Virus record (IMG/VR): IMGVR_UViG_3300022925_000005
DNA from: a virus
Reading direction: 5' to 3' (one strand)
DNA: 64,000 nucleotides
The notes beneath the pieces are model-generated. The model was not told the origin of the DNA and did not search any database. It saw nothing but the letters and a program-made list of their open reading frames with translations. Below, in pieces: positions 18,960-29,267 of the stretch. The position numbers and the translations under genes were made by a program. The first letter of the stretch is position 1. Each line of letters opens with the position of its first letter.

Positions 18960-19220
18960 TTATCTCTTTTTATTCTTTTTGGGTGGGTTTAATTTCAAAT
19001 CACCTCTTTCAACTTTATCTTCAATTGTCTTTAACTCTTGTAAATGAACTGCTCTTTGCTTTTGCTTTCTATTTGAAGTAGTTGGTTTAGTGTAAGTTTT
19101 TCTATCCTTTAATTCTTGAATATGTCCACTATCAAACCCTCTTCGTTTAAATAATTTTAAAGCTCGGTTGATATCTCCATTACGAACCTCCACCGATACT
19201 CTAGCTTTTCCTTTACTCAT
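18960..19220 (-). CDS. rpsU: Ribosomal protein bS21
   Basis: V.VRNGDINRALKLFKR....G..QELKDRKTYTKPT bS21 signature. Confidence 0.9.
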   Translation of the reverse strand: MSKGKARVSVEVRNGDINRALKLFKRRGFDSGHIQELKDRKTYTKPTTSNRKQKQRAVHLQELKTIEDKVERGDLKLNPPKKNKKR

Positions 19221-19240
19221 TAGTGTAACAATTAATATAA

Positions 19241-20509
19241 TTAGTTTATGTATGAGTTTAACTCATATCCGTTTTTCATTCCATAGACTTGGATATGTAA
19301 CATCTTTCTTTGTGGTTTACCAGCCTTAGTCAACTCCAAAGATACTCTCGTTGTTTTACCAACTGAAGGTCTTTTTGAATTCATACCAACTTTGGTGAAC
19401 ATTTCATCATCTTCAACTTCAAATCCTTTTTTCAAAGCTGCTGCTCTAGCTGCTTCAATTGCAGCTGTATATGATTTAAAGTAAACACCATCGTTTTCGT
19501 TTACTACTTCTTTAAGATATTTTTTCCAATCAGAATGTTCGGGCGCCATATCAACTTGTGTGATACTACCTCTACTGAATTTATCTTGGTCTCTTAATGA
19601 GTAAACAGGAGATGCGAATTTCTTCTTCATATCCACATAGTAAAGAGCATTAAAGTAATCAATTAGATATGCTCCTTTCTTACCATCAATGTATCCACTT
19701 TTGTTTTTAATCAATACACCAGGAACTTCTAATCCCATACCATACTTACCAGTGATATACTTTATTGGAAAATCTTTTGTTAATTGGTAGTAGGTGTGTC
19801 CACTTTTTGGTTTAACCATTCCCTCACTCATTGGGTTGCCACCTAATTTGATGATATCGGTATCAATCTTATTTAGAAGTTTACCATATCTATCAGCAAT
19901 CTTACCACCTTCCGGTTCAGCTTCTTGCTCCATATCTCTCATTACCTCTGCTCTCTTCTTTTTGAGTGCTTTGATTTTGATGGCATTTTTGTTTTGTTTC
20001 TCAGTATCAATCTTTTTTGCAGCTTCTTTGTTCTTTCTCATCTGCAATGCTCTGAGTTTTACTAAGATTGGGTCATTCATATCCAATTCGTTTACCGATT
20101 CGAATGCGCTTCTACCAGCATATAAACTTTTCAACCACTTTAAGGTATCTTTATCTTTTGGGAAATCTCTGAAATCTTTGTAGAATTCTTTTACAAACTC
20201 ATTAAAGTTACGAGCTGCTTTAGCCATAATATCAATCTCACTAAAACTTCCTTCGTTTACCGATTCATCCATTTCCTCTTCTTCAGGACTCTTACCAAAA
20301 GTTTTGTGAACCAACTTATCTAATTCTGAATGGAACTCTTGCTCCTCTGCATCAGTAGCTTCAACAATTTTAACTGGTGTTAGATATGTACCATCTTTAT
20401 CACTGTACATCATTATATAAGGTACACCATCAATTGTGGTTTTGAAATCCTTATGCTTTTTGTTCCACTCTTTTTTAGTAATGGTATGTTTAATCTTAGG
20501 TTTAGCCAT
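19241..20509 (-). CDS. Multidomain hypothetical protein, probable internal head protein
   Basis: Modules separated by ESVNE/EVVNE linkers. Confidence 0.55.
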   Translation of the reverse strand: MAKPKIKHTITKKEWNKKHKDFKTTIDGVPYIMMYSDKDGTYLTPVKIVEATDAEEQEFHSELDKLVHKTFGKSPEEEEMDESVNEGSFSEIDIMAKAARNFNEFVKEFYKDFRDFPKDKDTLKWLKSLYAGRSAFESVNELDMNDPILVKLRALQMRKNKEAAKKIDTEKQNKNAIKIKALKKKRAEVMRDMEQEAEPEGGKIADRYGKLLNKIDTDIIKLGGNPMSEGMVKPKSGHTYYQLTKDFPIKYITGKYGMGLEVPGVLIKNKSGYIDGKKGAYLIDYFNALYYVDMKKKFASPVYSLRDQDKFSRGSITQVDMAPEHSDWKKYLKEVVNENDGVYFKSYTAAIEAARAAALKKGFEVEDDEMFTKVGMNSKRPSVGKTTRVSLELTKAGKPQRKMLHIQVYGMKNGYELNSYIN

Positions 20510-20510
20510 C

Positions 20511-20798
20511 TTATTTTAATTTTTGTGCAATTGAATATGTATCGAATTTAAATCCATAACCTGCTCCTTGATATGAGTGGTCTACATCAATTGGTAACTT
20601 TAGTTTCTTCTCAACTACTTTAGCAATAATCACACCAATCATATCATCGCCGGCTCCTCTATTAAGAATAGCTGTTTGTAATTCATCTAAATCCTTAGAA
20701 GATTTTGCAATTGCAATAAGGTGAGTATCTCGTTGACCCGGCATCATTTTAAAATCTACCGAATACTTCATACCACCTGCTTTAATATCGATTTTCAT
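20511..20798 (-). CDS. Hypothetical protein
   Basis: ORF track; ATATTTATA upstream (20819-20827). Confidence 0.7.
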   Translation of the reverse strand: MKIDIKAGGMKYSVDFKMMPGQRDTHLIAIAKSSKDLDELQTAILNRGAGDDMIGVIIAKVVEKKLKLPIDVDHSYQGAGYGFKFDTYSIAQKLK

Positions 20799-20832
20799 AA
20801 TATAGTGTTCTATTAATTTATAAATATGGGAA

Positions 20833-21390
20833 TTAGTGTTTTATATGTTGTACTCTCCACTTTACGTTCTTAGTTCTTAACATCTTTTTTACAGCCTCTA
20901 CATTCTTAATAGAATCATCTGCAAAGTACACATCATCGTATCCTTCGTTATCAATCTTATCCTCAATCCAATCTGCTTTTGCCTTTGGATTATTGTTTTG
21001 TAATCCAGTTACAGGTATTTTTTGATTGATACCAATATCTTTTAAGTATTTTGCTACGTGCTTATCTACTGCTTGAGGTCTTGCAGTTAAGATGAATACA
21101 CCATCACCACTATTTTTCTGAATGATTCTCTTTAATACTTTGGTGATTCTTTTCAACTCCTGTGGTTCTTGAACTGAGTAGAAATCTCTGAAATCATACT
21201 CTTCACCTGGTTTCTCAGTATAAACTGCGAATTGTGCAGGTGTTAATTTCTTCTCTTTACCATTGGGTTGTTTAACGTATATGTATGATTTAGTAAGAAC
21301 CAAAGTTTCATCAAAATCAAACACCCTTAGTTTCTTTGATTCTGAGAATAAACTTCTTGCTATCATATCTTCTTGTTCCTTTATTAACAT
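20833..21390 (-). CDS. HAD-superfamily phosphatase-like protein
   Basis: FDFDETL motif I, ILTAR motif II, K, FADDS motif IV. Confidence 0.8.
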   Translation of the reverse strand: MLIKEQEDMIARSLFSESKKLRVFDFDETLVLTKSYIYVKQPNGKEKKLTPAQFAVYTEKPGEEYDFRDFYSVQEPQELKRITKVLKRIIQKNSGDGVFILTARPQAVDKHVAKYLKDIGINQKIPVTGLQNNNPKAKADWIEDKIDNEGYDDVYFADDSIKNVEAVKKMLRTKNVKWRVQHIKH

Positions 21391-21407
21391 ACTAATATAC
21401 TAAATTT

Positions 21408-21737
21408 TTAGGATTTATCCAAATTTTTGGAAGTTAAAAACTGATTATTTAATTCCAATAATCGTAAGTTTTCTCTTTCCAAATATTGTACTTTAACACT
21501 TAGTTCTGCTAAATCCTTTGTAAGTTCTAATATTTTTTCTCTAAGGTCATCTTTTTCGTTTGAACTACGTTCTAATAGTTCCTCCAACCTATCAATACGC
21601 TTTGCGCAATCATCTTTGATGAAATCCTCTTCTTCTTTTTTGTATTGAGCACGTTTTTCATAGTACCTCCAAGCTCCAGCGGAACCTAAGACGGTAACCA
21701 ATGTGATAAATACTGCGTATAATGATTCAGTTTGCAT
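21408..21737 (-). CDS. TM plus coiled-coil protein
   Basis: N-term TM, long heptad repeat. Confidence 0.7.
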   Translation of the reverse strand: MQTESLYAVFITLVTVLGSAGAWRYYEKRAQYKKEEEDFIKDDCAKRIDRLEELLERSSNEKDDLREKILELTKDLAELSVKVQYLERENLRLLELNNQFLTSKNLDKS

Positions 21738-21746
21738 GATTAGTTT

Positions 21747-22295
21747 TTAGTTTTCTTTATCCAATTCAGCTCTAAGGTAATGTTGTGCGGATACTATGTA
21801 ATCCTTAGCTTTAATAATTTTAGCTTGCCACCAATGTGGGAAATCAATCTCCTCACCACTAGCTTCAAACTCAGCCATAAGTTCACCTAACTCTTCGGCA
21901 TATCTTTCAATAACACTTAAGTCAGCTCTTAACATACCAGGTTCATCATCTTGATGTCCTAAATCAGTATCTTCTGATAATTCTAACTCAGCATCAGCAG
22001 ATAGATTGGAAACATACTTATCTTCCATATCCTGTAATTGAACAAGATTCTTTCTACGTGCATTTATTTTTTTGGTCAAATCCTTTAGGATATTGAGTAA
22101 CTTCTCTCTCTTAGCAGGGTCTTTCTCATTGTTATAAGGTACAACAGCTTTCTTTCTGTCAGCTTCTAACTTTGTGATTTCTTTTTTAACCGCTTCTATT
22201 TTCATAAAAAGTTTAGGAATACCTTCATTCACCAATTGCTCAATAGTGAATTTACCCTCATACTTTTCAACTAAGTGTTCTTCTAATAGTTTCAT
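21747..22295 (-). CDS. Coiled-coil hypothetical protein
   Basis: ORF track; PHWWQAKI...A.HYL motif. Confidence 0.7.
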   Translation of the reverse strand: MKLLEEHLVEKYEGKFTIEQLVNEGIPKLFMKIEAVKKEITKLEADRKKAVVPYNNEKDPAKREKLLNILKDLTKKINARRKNLVQLQDMEDKYVSNLSADAELELSEDTDLGHQDDEPGMLRADLSVIERYAEELGELMAEFEASGEEIDFPHWWQAKIIKAKDYIVSAQHYLRAELDKEN

Positions 22296-22353
22296 AATTT
22301 ATTCTTTTATACTATCTCTACAATAAATATAAAGATATTTTTATTTAATGAGT

Positions 22354-22379
22354 GAACACCCCCCTATTGGGAGGTGTCC
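22354..22379 (-). terminator. Hairpin downstream of 22387-22614
   Basis: ACACCCCCC/GGGAGGTGT stem. Confidence 0.5.
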
Positions 22380-22386
22380 CATATCA

Positions 22387-22614
22387 TTATTCTTCCTTTT
22401 TGAATATTTTAGTTGCCCCATCAATTCCAAACGAACCTAATGTGATAATTACAAATGAATTAAATACCGTATCATCGATTATTAATTCAGTTCCCATTAT
22501 ACCAGTTACGATATCCGCTGCTGCGAATATTGCCATTACTGCAAATGATGCAAATCCAACGATATTTTTTTCGTTGAAGTCATTGTTGTCTTTAAAAATG
22601 TCTTTAAATGCCAT
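22387..22614 (-). CDS. Small two-TM protein (holin-like)
   Basis: Two hydrophobic helices, charged C-terminus; late-type motif upstream. Confidence 0.5.
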   Translation of the reverse strand: MAFKDIFKDNNDFNEKNIVGFASFAVMAIFAAADIVTGIMGTELIIDDTVFNSFVIITLGSFGIDGATKIFKKEE

Positions 22615-22694
22615 AATATATTTATTTAGTTAAATACAAGTAACTAATTGATACAACATATTCACTTATAAATATTAATGGATGTAATAAAAGG

Positions 22695-23561
22695 TTAAAT
22701 CCTTCCTATGAAACTATGTAGTTCGGATGGTAAGTGTGAATTGGCTTCTTTATAGAAATCGGTTTTTAAATCTGCCTTTTTAATTTTATCTTTGATAGAT
22801 GGCTCTCTATTTATCCAATCCTCTGTAATATATATACCATCTAATACATATTGTTTGATATCGTATCCCTTCCTAATAGCTCCTATTGATGCCATCATAC
22901 CAAACGTATCTTCAGGTCCATATCCACCAAATGATTCAGGTATTCCGATGAATTTCCAAAACTCCTTTGAGTACAAAGTATGCATACCACATCCAAATTT
23001 GATTGTTGGAATTTGTTTAAGTGATATTTTTGATGGTTGTTGTGTATATACACTATCCAAAGTTTCTTTAGTATTAAATTCAGTATCTCTCATAGTACCA
23101 TCAACTAATACATCCCAACTCATATCAAACCACTTTGGAATAGCTGGTGAAAGTATGTACTTACCATTTAGTAATTCAGATGCCTTTAGTTGATACATCA
23201 ATTGATGTTCATGTAATACAATATCCGTATCTACAAATATAAATTGGTCAAAGTAATCCATTCTAATTACTTCTCTCTTTTGTTGAGTAGTTCCCCACAT
23301 AGAATCATCCAATACAATCTCATTAATCTGATTTATATCTTTGTATTGGAATTGTTCGTTAAATATCTTAATGAAATAATCCTGTTTTAGTTCACTATTA
23401 TCCCAATCTGTCAACTTTGGATTTAGATTCAATGTTGCCTTCAAATAAACATCATAATCAGTACAATACATAAGAGCCTTACGATATTGAATCATAAACT
23501 TTTGAAACATCTCTATTTCATTTGGCATGATGTGAATACAAACTAAAGTTTTCTTACTCAT
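22695..23561 (-). CDS. GT-A-fold glycosyltransferase-like protein
   Basis: FVDTD DxD motif, GYGPED. Confidence 0.65.
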   Translation of the reverse strand: MSKKTLVCIHIMPNEIEMFQKFMIQYRKALMYCTDYDVYLKATLNLNPKLTDWDNSELKQDYFIKIFNEQFQYKDINQINEIVLDDSMWGTTQQKREVIRMDYFDQFIFVDTDIVLHEHQLMYQLKASELLNGKYILSPAIPKWFDMSWDVLVDGTMRDTEFNTKETLDSVYTQQPSKISLKQIPTIKFGCGMHTLYSKEFWKFIGIPESFGGYGPEDTFGMMASIGAIRKGYDIKQYVLDGIYITEDWINREPSIKDKIKKADLKTDFYKEANSHLPSELHSFIGRI

Positions 23562-24799
23562 TAGAATACATTTTTAAAGTGTGGTTGAATCATATCAACT
23601 TCTTCTAAAGAGATAATATCCAATTTGAATATATCCCAATTAAATGAACCAGTCTCACCAGTTTCTTCTATAATAAATGGTAATTGTTTAATGAACTCAG
23701 TAAAGTGTTGATTTGTCAATTTAGTAGCATCAAATGAAATAAGGATACGATTGTTCTTTTCGTTATCATATGGTTTAACTCTATCAGTTATATCATATTC
23801 TGATTTTTCATTTTCAGCATCAACATATCCGCTATAATCACAATCCACATAAATAGTATCACACCAAGGTTCTAAGATTGAAAGAATTTGAGTATTACAA
23901 TTCTTAACAATGAAACCAATATCATATCTACTTGGAACGATTGGCATCATAAATTCATCATGTAATACATCAGTATGCCACTTTCTCCACCACTCTCTGA
24001 ATTTGTGTTGTCTGAGAATAGTGTACTCTTCGGAATCTTTTGGTTTGTACCAAATTGTTCCATCGGGTAGTGGAATCTCCTTTTCAATTTCAATTCCATC
24101 TTTGAATCTACTACCTCTACAAGTCATATGATATACAAATGCATCTCTACTTTGAATCAGTTCATATCCATTTAGTAAAAATCTATTGAAGATATCAGAA
24201 TCCTCCAACTCCATTGGTGCGAATAATTTATCATGCCCACCAATTGATGTGAAATCTTCCTTATATAACATCCAAGGTGCAAATATACCATCAGTAACTT
24301 TACCTTCATTTAGATATTCAGCTTCATATACAAATTTTAAGAAATCGGATTTGGAATCAGTAAACTCATCCACATCCATTCCGAAATTCTGAACATACTT
24401 CTCAGGTCCAGGTGGATGAAGTGGTGGTTCAACTCTAGTGGCTGAAACTACACTCATTGGTTTGAGATGTTTCAACATATTACCAACATAGTTTGGAGTT
24501 ACAATCATATCTGAATGTAGTATAGATACGATTGGTGTTTTAGCTAATTGAATACCTATATCATACAATACCGTATGTCCAACTCTATCACTACTATCGT
24601 TTCGGTAAGTAATGATGTTATCTCTATCGGATGCGTAACTCTCTATCCACACCCAACTATTATCATCCGATGCATCATCTAAGATTACAATATCATGTCC
24701 ATCTCCATAATGTTCTTCAATTGAACCTACGGCTTGTTGTAAAAATCTTAAATTATTTCTACACGGAATTACAAATGTTATTCTTTGGTATTTCGTCAT
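23561..24799 (-). CDS. Glycosyltransferase family 2
   Basis: FVIPCRN, LDDASDD, LHSDM, EDSD, VYH. Confidence 0.88.
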   Translation of the reverse strand: MTKYQRITFVIPCRNNLRFLQQAVGSIEEHYGDGHDIVILDDASDDNSWVWIESYASDRDNIITYRNDSSDRVGHTVLYDIGIQLAKTPIVSILHSDMIVTPNYVGNMLKHLKPMSVVSATRVEPPLHPPGPEKYVQNFGMDVDEFTDSKSDFLKFVYEAEYLNEGKVTDGIFAPWMLYKEDFTSIGGHDKLFAPMELEDSDIFNRFLLNGYELIQSRDAFVYHMTCRGSRFKDGIEIEKEIPLPDGTIWYKPKDSEEYTILRQHKFREWWRKWHTDVLHDEFMMPIVPSRYDIGFIVKNCNTQILSILEPWCDTIYVDCDYSGYVDAENEKSEYDITDRVKPYDNEKNNRILISFDATKLTNQHFTEFIKQLPFIIEETGETGSFNWDIFKLDIISLEEVDMIQPHFKNVF

Positions 24800-25491
24800 T
24801 ATTCGGGTTTATAAGCTTTTACATAAATCCAATGAGTGTGACCACTATCGGAATAAGATTCTTTAACTTCAGTTGTTATATTAGTATATCCAATATTTGT
24901 TAAATCTTCAATTACATCAGATTCGTTATGTACTCTAACATCGTGATGTGAATTAGTCCCATGAGCATCATATGTATTGGTATAATATGCACTTCTAGGT
25001 CCCAATGGTGATTCCAATCCTTCACCATATCCCATTTGAAATGAAAATAATCCACCGGGTTTTAATGTACGAAGTAAATCACTAATTAATGATTTTCTTA
25101 TATCATAAACCGGTATATGTTGAAGTGCAATGGTTGACATAATGAAGTCATATTCATTATCTTTTAAATCGGATACATCAACTCCATTATTACAATACCA
25201 ATTACTCATTCTATTACCATATAGTGTTTTACAAAATTGAATGTTTCCCTCTGATATATCTACACCATCTACTCTACTCCAATTACATAATGATAATAGG
25301 TTAACTACATTTCTACCCTTACCACTTGCAAAATCCAATGCAACCTTACCATTCCAATCATCTTTATGCTTCAAATCACCCAATAATATATCCCAATAAT
25401 TAGGGTTATCGTTGTGTTCGGGATGATTACTCGTACCACTATGGTATGTACGCTTCTGCATTTGAGTATAGTTGTTATCTTTATTTGCCAT
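24799..25491 (-). CDS. Class I SAM-dependent methyltransferase
   Basis: ALDFASGKG, GVDIS, YDFI...LQHI, LKPGG. Confidence 0.88.
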   Translation of the reverse strand: MANKDNNYTQMQKRTYHSGTSNHPEHNDNPNYWDILLGDLKHKDDWNGKVALDFASGKGRNVVNLLSLCNWSRVDGVDISEGNIQFCKTLYGNRMSNWYCNNGVDVSDLKDNEYDFIMSTIALQHIPVYDIRKSLISDLLRTLKPGGLFSFQMGYGEGLESPLGPRSAYYTNTYDAHGTNSHHDVRVHNESDVIEDLTNIGYTNITTEVKESYSDSGHTHWIYVKAYKPE

Positions 25492-26848
25492 AATTCTCTA
25501 AGTAATGTTTTAAATCTTCAGGTGTTCCCAATCCCCACATTTTCGGTGTATCGAATGTTCTTACTTTTAACCCACCTTTAATTGCGTTGTTGTAAACAGG
25601 ACATACATAGAACTCACCATTTACTCTGATATCTTGCTCAATCATTTCTTCAGCGTATTTCACAAAATCAGAACCATGCTTCCAATAGTAGAAACCAATG
25701 GTTGCTAAATCTGAGATTGGATTCTTTTCTTGTACTTCAGTTACGAACCCATCTTCATCCAACTTAGCGAAACTCCACTTAGGGTGAGTTGAATGGAATA
25801 CTGGAATACCCCCATCTGCATCATTCTCATTCATTTTATAGAAGAACTCATTTGAATCCCATTCCACAAATTGGTCTGAGTTAGCGAAGAATAATGGATT
25901 ACCATTATCAATGAACTCTTTAGCCAATAGTGCGGTACAAGCTGCTCCTTCAGTTACACCATCCACTTCTACAATCGTACAATTTGGTGTAATTAGATTT
26001 AGTAATGTATCTAAGTTAAATTTCTCCCTATGTGATTTCTGAACTACATAAATATAATTTGCATCTATGTTCAGATTTTCTACCACAACTTGAATCATTG
26101 GTTTACCTTCTACATCAATAAGTGGTTTAGGGAATGTATATCCAGCAGTTGCGAATCTACTACCAGCACCCGCCATTGGAATCAATACATTCAATTTTTC
26201 ATCTACCCATTTAGGTTTATCATTTGTTACCCCCATTTCTATTTCAGTTAATTTTTTAAATATGTTTGTGTAGGTTACTTCTTGAGGATTTTTTACTCTC
26301 AACACATGCGATTTAGAACGAGATGCTGCAAGTAATCCATATGGTGAATCTTCTACGATTAGAGTTTCTTCTGGAAGAACACTCATCATTGATATTGCTT
26401 TCCAATACATCTCAGGATGTGGTTTTGAATTCTTAACATCTTCATTAGATATAACCAAATCCATAAACTCCATAATACCCAACTTAGAAAGTACCGTCAA
26501 TACCGTCTTTCTGATTGAGTTAGAACAAACTGCGATTTTATAACCATCCTCTACCAACGCAGCTATTACTGATTGTAGAGTTTGGTTTGGTTTCAACTCT
26601 TTCAGTTTTTGTAAAGTCAACTTTTGTTTACCTTCCCAAATATCTTTATGTAATTCAGTTGGTAAGCCTTTTCGTTCACTTAACATTTCCAACTTCTGAT
26701 TTGTTTTCAAACCATCGTAAGTTGATAGATGTTCAGCCCAACTAATTGCATACTCTTCACCCAATGCTTCATTGAGTGCATCAAAGTGGATGTTCTTGGC
26801 TTCAACCAGAACACCATCTAAATCAAAAATCACTAATTTTGTTTTCAT
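25481..26848 (-). CDS. HAD phosphatase fused to sugar nucleotidyltransferase
   Basis: FDLDGVL / KPHPE / VEDS; IPMAGAGSRF...PKPLI...EK...LGTPED. Confidence 0.9.
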   Translation of the reverse strand: MKTKLVIFDLDGVLVEAKNIHFDALNEALGEEYAISWAEHLSTYDGLKTNQKLEMLSERKGLPTELHKDIWEGKQKLTLQKLKELKPNQTLQSVIAALVEDGYKIAVCSNSIRKTVLTVLSKLGIMEFMDLVISNEDVKNSKPHPEMYWKAISMMSVLPEETLIVEDSPYGLLAASRSKSHVLRVKNPQEVTYTNIFKKLTEIEMGVTNDKPKWVDEKLNVLIPMAGAGSRFATAGYTFPKPLIDVEGKPMIQVVVENLNIDANYIYVVQKSHREKFNLDTLLNLITPNCTIVEVDGVTEGAACTALLAKEFIDNGNPLFFANSDQFVEWDSNEFFYKMNENDADGGIPVFHSTHPKWSFAKLDEDGFVTEVQEKNPISDLATIGFYYWKHGSDFVKYAEEMIEQDIRVNGEFYVCPVYNNAIKGGLKVRTFDTPKMWGLGTPEDLKHYLENYGK

Positions 26849-27531
26849 ACTATTCCTCTTTCAAATGGGTTAATATTATATTCCCCAAATAATTTATCTA
26901 ATTCGTTACTATATTCACTCATATTCCACTTTCCTTTATTGATGGCAGTTGCTATATATGGGAATATGATACTATCACAATGATATATACCTCTTTGCTT
27001 TTCATTACCTAACCTAACCATATAATGGTTATCATTAGGTTCAATTTCTTTCTCAAAGTCCCAAATATTTAATGATGGAACTGATTCTAACAAAGATACA
27101 AAATTATTTCGATTTATCAAAGTGGGTTGTATAGAAAATGTACTATTTACCAAAGTACTATCAATATCAGATGGTGGATTAGTTGAATTGGTATATATCA
27201 TCTTTATAGATTCAACTCTTCCGCTATTCACCAAATTATAATATCTCTGAATATAACTCATATCAACCTCATCAAATAAAATCATATCTTCATGTAGAAA
27301 TATAATAGTTTCTTCGTTTATCTGAGGTAGTGCTTCCTTCCATCGTTCGGTATATGGTTTAGTATCATCGTATATGATTCGTATCATATCGGATAATTGC
27401 GTATCATCTTCGTTTACTACAACATATATTTTGTTGTTGGGTAAATACTTTTTAAGTTGCCCAAAGAACATTGACCATACATCTTTCATATCTGTATGTG
27501 TGTAAACCACTATTGGTACATCTATTCCCAT
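26845..27531 (-). CDS. Glycosyltransferase-like protein
   Basis: FLHED, IWDFE, AINKGKW; glycan-island context. Confidence 0.55.
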   Translation of the reverse strand: MGIDVPIVVYTHTDMKDVWSMFFGQLKKYLPNNKIYVVVNEDDTQLSDMIRIIYDDTKPYTERWKEALPQINEETIIFLHEDMILFDEVDMSYIQRYYNLVNSGRVESIKMIYTNSTNPPSDIDSTLVNSTFSIQPTLINRNNFVSLLESVPSLNIWDFEKEIEPNDNHYMVRLGNEKQRGIYHCDSIIFPYIATAINKGKWNMSEYSNELDKLFGEYNINPFERGIV

Positions 27532-28247
27532 ATTGTATCTAAATTTATTCGTTTATCCCACAATCCATTCTTTACCATCCACCATTTGTAAAATGCAATA
27601 GCGTTTGATAAATCATTTGGATTATTTTCTATATTAGAAGCGAATTGATGAAATTCACTATCTACTTTCATATTTCGTTCCAATGAATCATACAAAGTAG
27701 TAAATGATTTCATTGTAGTTTGTGAACCATAAAACCACATATCAGCTGGTCCCATATTAAAATGTTGCCAATTGGCCATATAGATTTTATTGTTATCAAT
27801 ATCGGGTTGAAAGTTAATACATTGAACTGGATACGGATTACCCTTACCAGGCCCAGATGTGGTTCTATTGATTCTACCCAAATCGAACCTAGCTTTAATC
27901 ACAATATCATAATCAGTATTATGATTATATGCTAACTTGATTGATTGGGTTACACTATATAGGTGTGATAGAACTGATTGTGGTGGTCTTGGTGGTGATT
28001 GTAATGTATTTAATCGATTCTTATTGATTATATTAGTGAAGTCTTTTTGACCTTCGAATATAGAAGATTTAGGATTGTACAAATTATTTATTTCATTCAT
28101 TTTTTCTATTTCCCAACTATGTACAAACACATCAGTATCAACTACATCTAAGATATTCTTCTTAATGTGGTGGTACCCATCCAATCCTTTAGAATTGGTA
28201 TCGGTCAATGAATCAAATAAACCATGTAAACATAAAGCTACTTTCAT
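27522..28247 (-). CDS. Glycan-locus protein
   Basis: KVALCLHG, VFVHSW, YDIVIKARFD; paralog of 7600 C-domain. Confidence 0.6.
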   Translation of the reverse strand: MKVALCLHGLFDSLTDTNSKGLDGYHHIKKNILDVVDTDVFVHSWEIEKMNEINNLYNPKSSIFEGQKDFTNIINKNRLNTLQSPPRPPQSVLSHLYSVTQSIKLAYNHNTDYDIVIKARFDLGRINRTTSGPGKGNPYPVQCINFQPDIDNNKIYMANWQHFNMGPADMWFYGSQTTMKSFTTLYDSLERNMKVDSEFHQFASNIENNPNDLSNAIAFYKWWMVKNGLWDKRINLDTIWE

Positions 28248-28873
28248 TACTCTATAACTTTATTATCTTTGAATACAGTAAACTCAGTCAAATCTCTATA
28301 ACCATTATCTTCACCCAAATCACTCATATGTTCTGGATAGTTTTGGAACATTGATAATCCATGTGCAGCTTGTTGTGGAGTCATATACATATTCCATCCG
28401 TGGAATGTGATATCATCATCTTTATAGTACTTTTCACTTCTACCTTCATAACGAGCTTTCTTAAACCAATCAGCTGCTTCAGCGTTATCGGTTAGAATCA
28501 TACCACCTTTCCAAATTGGAAGTAACTTTTTGATGTGGAATGATAATCCCATATAAGTTCCAGGTATGTACATATTTGATGTCAATCGTTTTGCGGCATC
28601 GTAGATGGGATATGGTTTCAATTGGTATAAACCCTTCCAATGGTTAGTTTCTGCTCTCTTATCGAAGATAACTTCACCACCAGCATGCACAATTGATTGA
28701 GGTACTGATAGATACGTTTTAGATGGAATGGTTACTTCCTTTACCTCATTGTATTTACAAATAAGGAATAGTGCGTTTGTACAACTGTCAACCGAAACAG
28801 CGTAAGGAGCGCCTGTATAATTAGCAATCTCCTCTTCAAACATTCGTACAATTTTATACGGATTGTGTAACAT
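28247..28873 (-). CDS. DegT/DnrJ/EryC1/StrS sugar aminotransferase (short)
   Basis: FEEEIA.Y.G, SCTNAL, DAA, SFHIKK..GGM PLP-lysine region. Confidence 0.8.
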   Translation of the reverse strand: MLHNPYKIVRMFEEEIANYTGAPYAVSVDSCTNALFLICKYNEVKEVTIPSKTYLSVPQSIVHAGGEVIFDKRAETNHWKGLYQLKPYPIYDAAKRLTSNMYIPGTYMGLSFHIKKLLPIWKGGMILTDNAEAADWFKKARYEGRSEKYYKDDDITFHGWNMYMTPQQAAHGLSMFQNYPEHMSDLGEDNGYRDLTEFTVFKDNKVIE

Positions 28874-28877
28874 ATTT

Positions 28878-29267
28878 TTAATCTTTTGTTAGTATATAAA
28901 ACTTTTTGGAAAATCCACAAGCTTCAAATAGTTTAATACTTGCTTCGTTATCCATTTTTACTTTTGCAAATGCGGTTGGCCATACCACCATACATTTATT
29001 AATCATAAACTTACCCACTCCTCTTCCTTGAAAATCAGGGTGAGTACATACTCTAATATCATCATCAATCACTCCCACATATCCAGCAGGTTCTCCATCT
29101 ACCAAAGCGATTCGGTAAAACTGAGAGTGATTACTCATATAAGATTCTTGCATCTCTTCAGTAATGTGAACTGATTTGATGAATCCATCTAATACTCTTT
29201 CATCGTTTCTGAGAACTCTTACGAATTCCCAATATGGTGGAGAACATTCTACTAATTCCATACACAT
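28878..29267 (-). CDS. GNAT acetyltransferase
   Basis: HPDFQGRGVG acetyl-CoA loop, NEASIKLFEACGF. Confidence 0.88.
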   Translation of the reverse strand: MCMELVECSPPYWEFVRVLRNDERVLDGFIKSVHITEEMQESYMSNHSQFYRIALVDGEPAGYVGVIDDDIRVCTHPDFQGRGVGKFMINKCMVVWPTAFAKVKMDNEASIKLFEACGFSKKFYILTKD

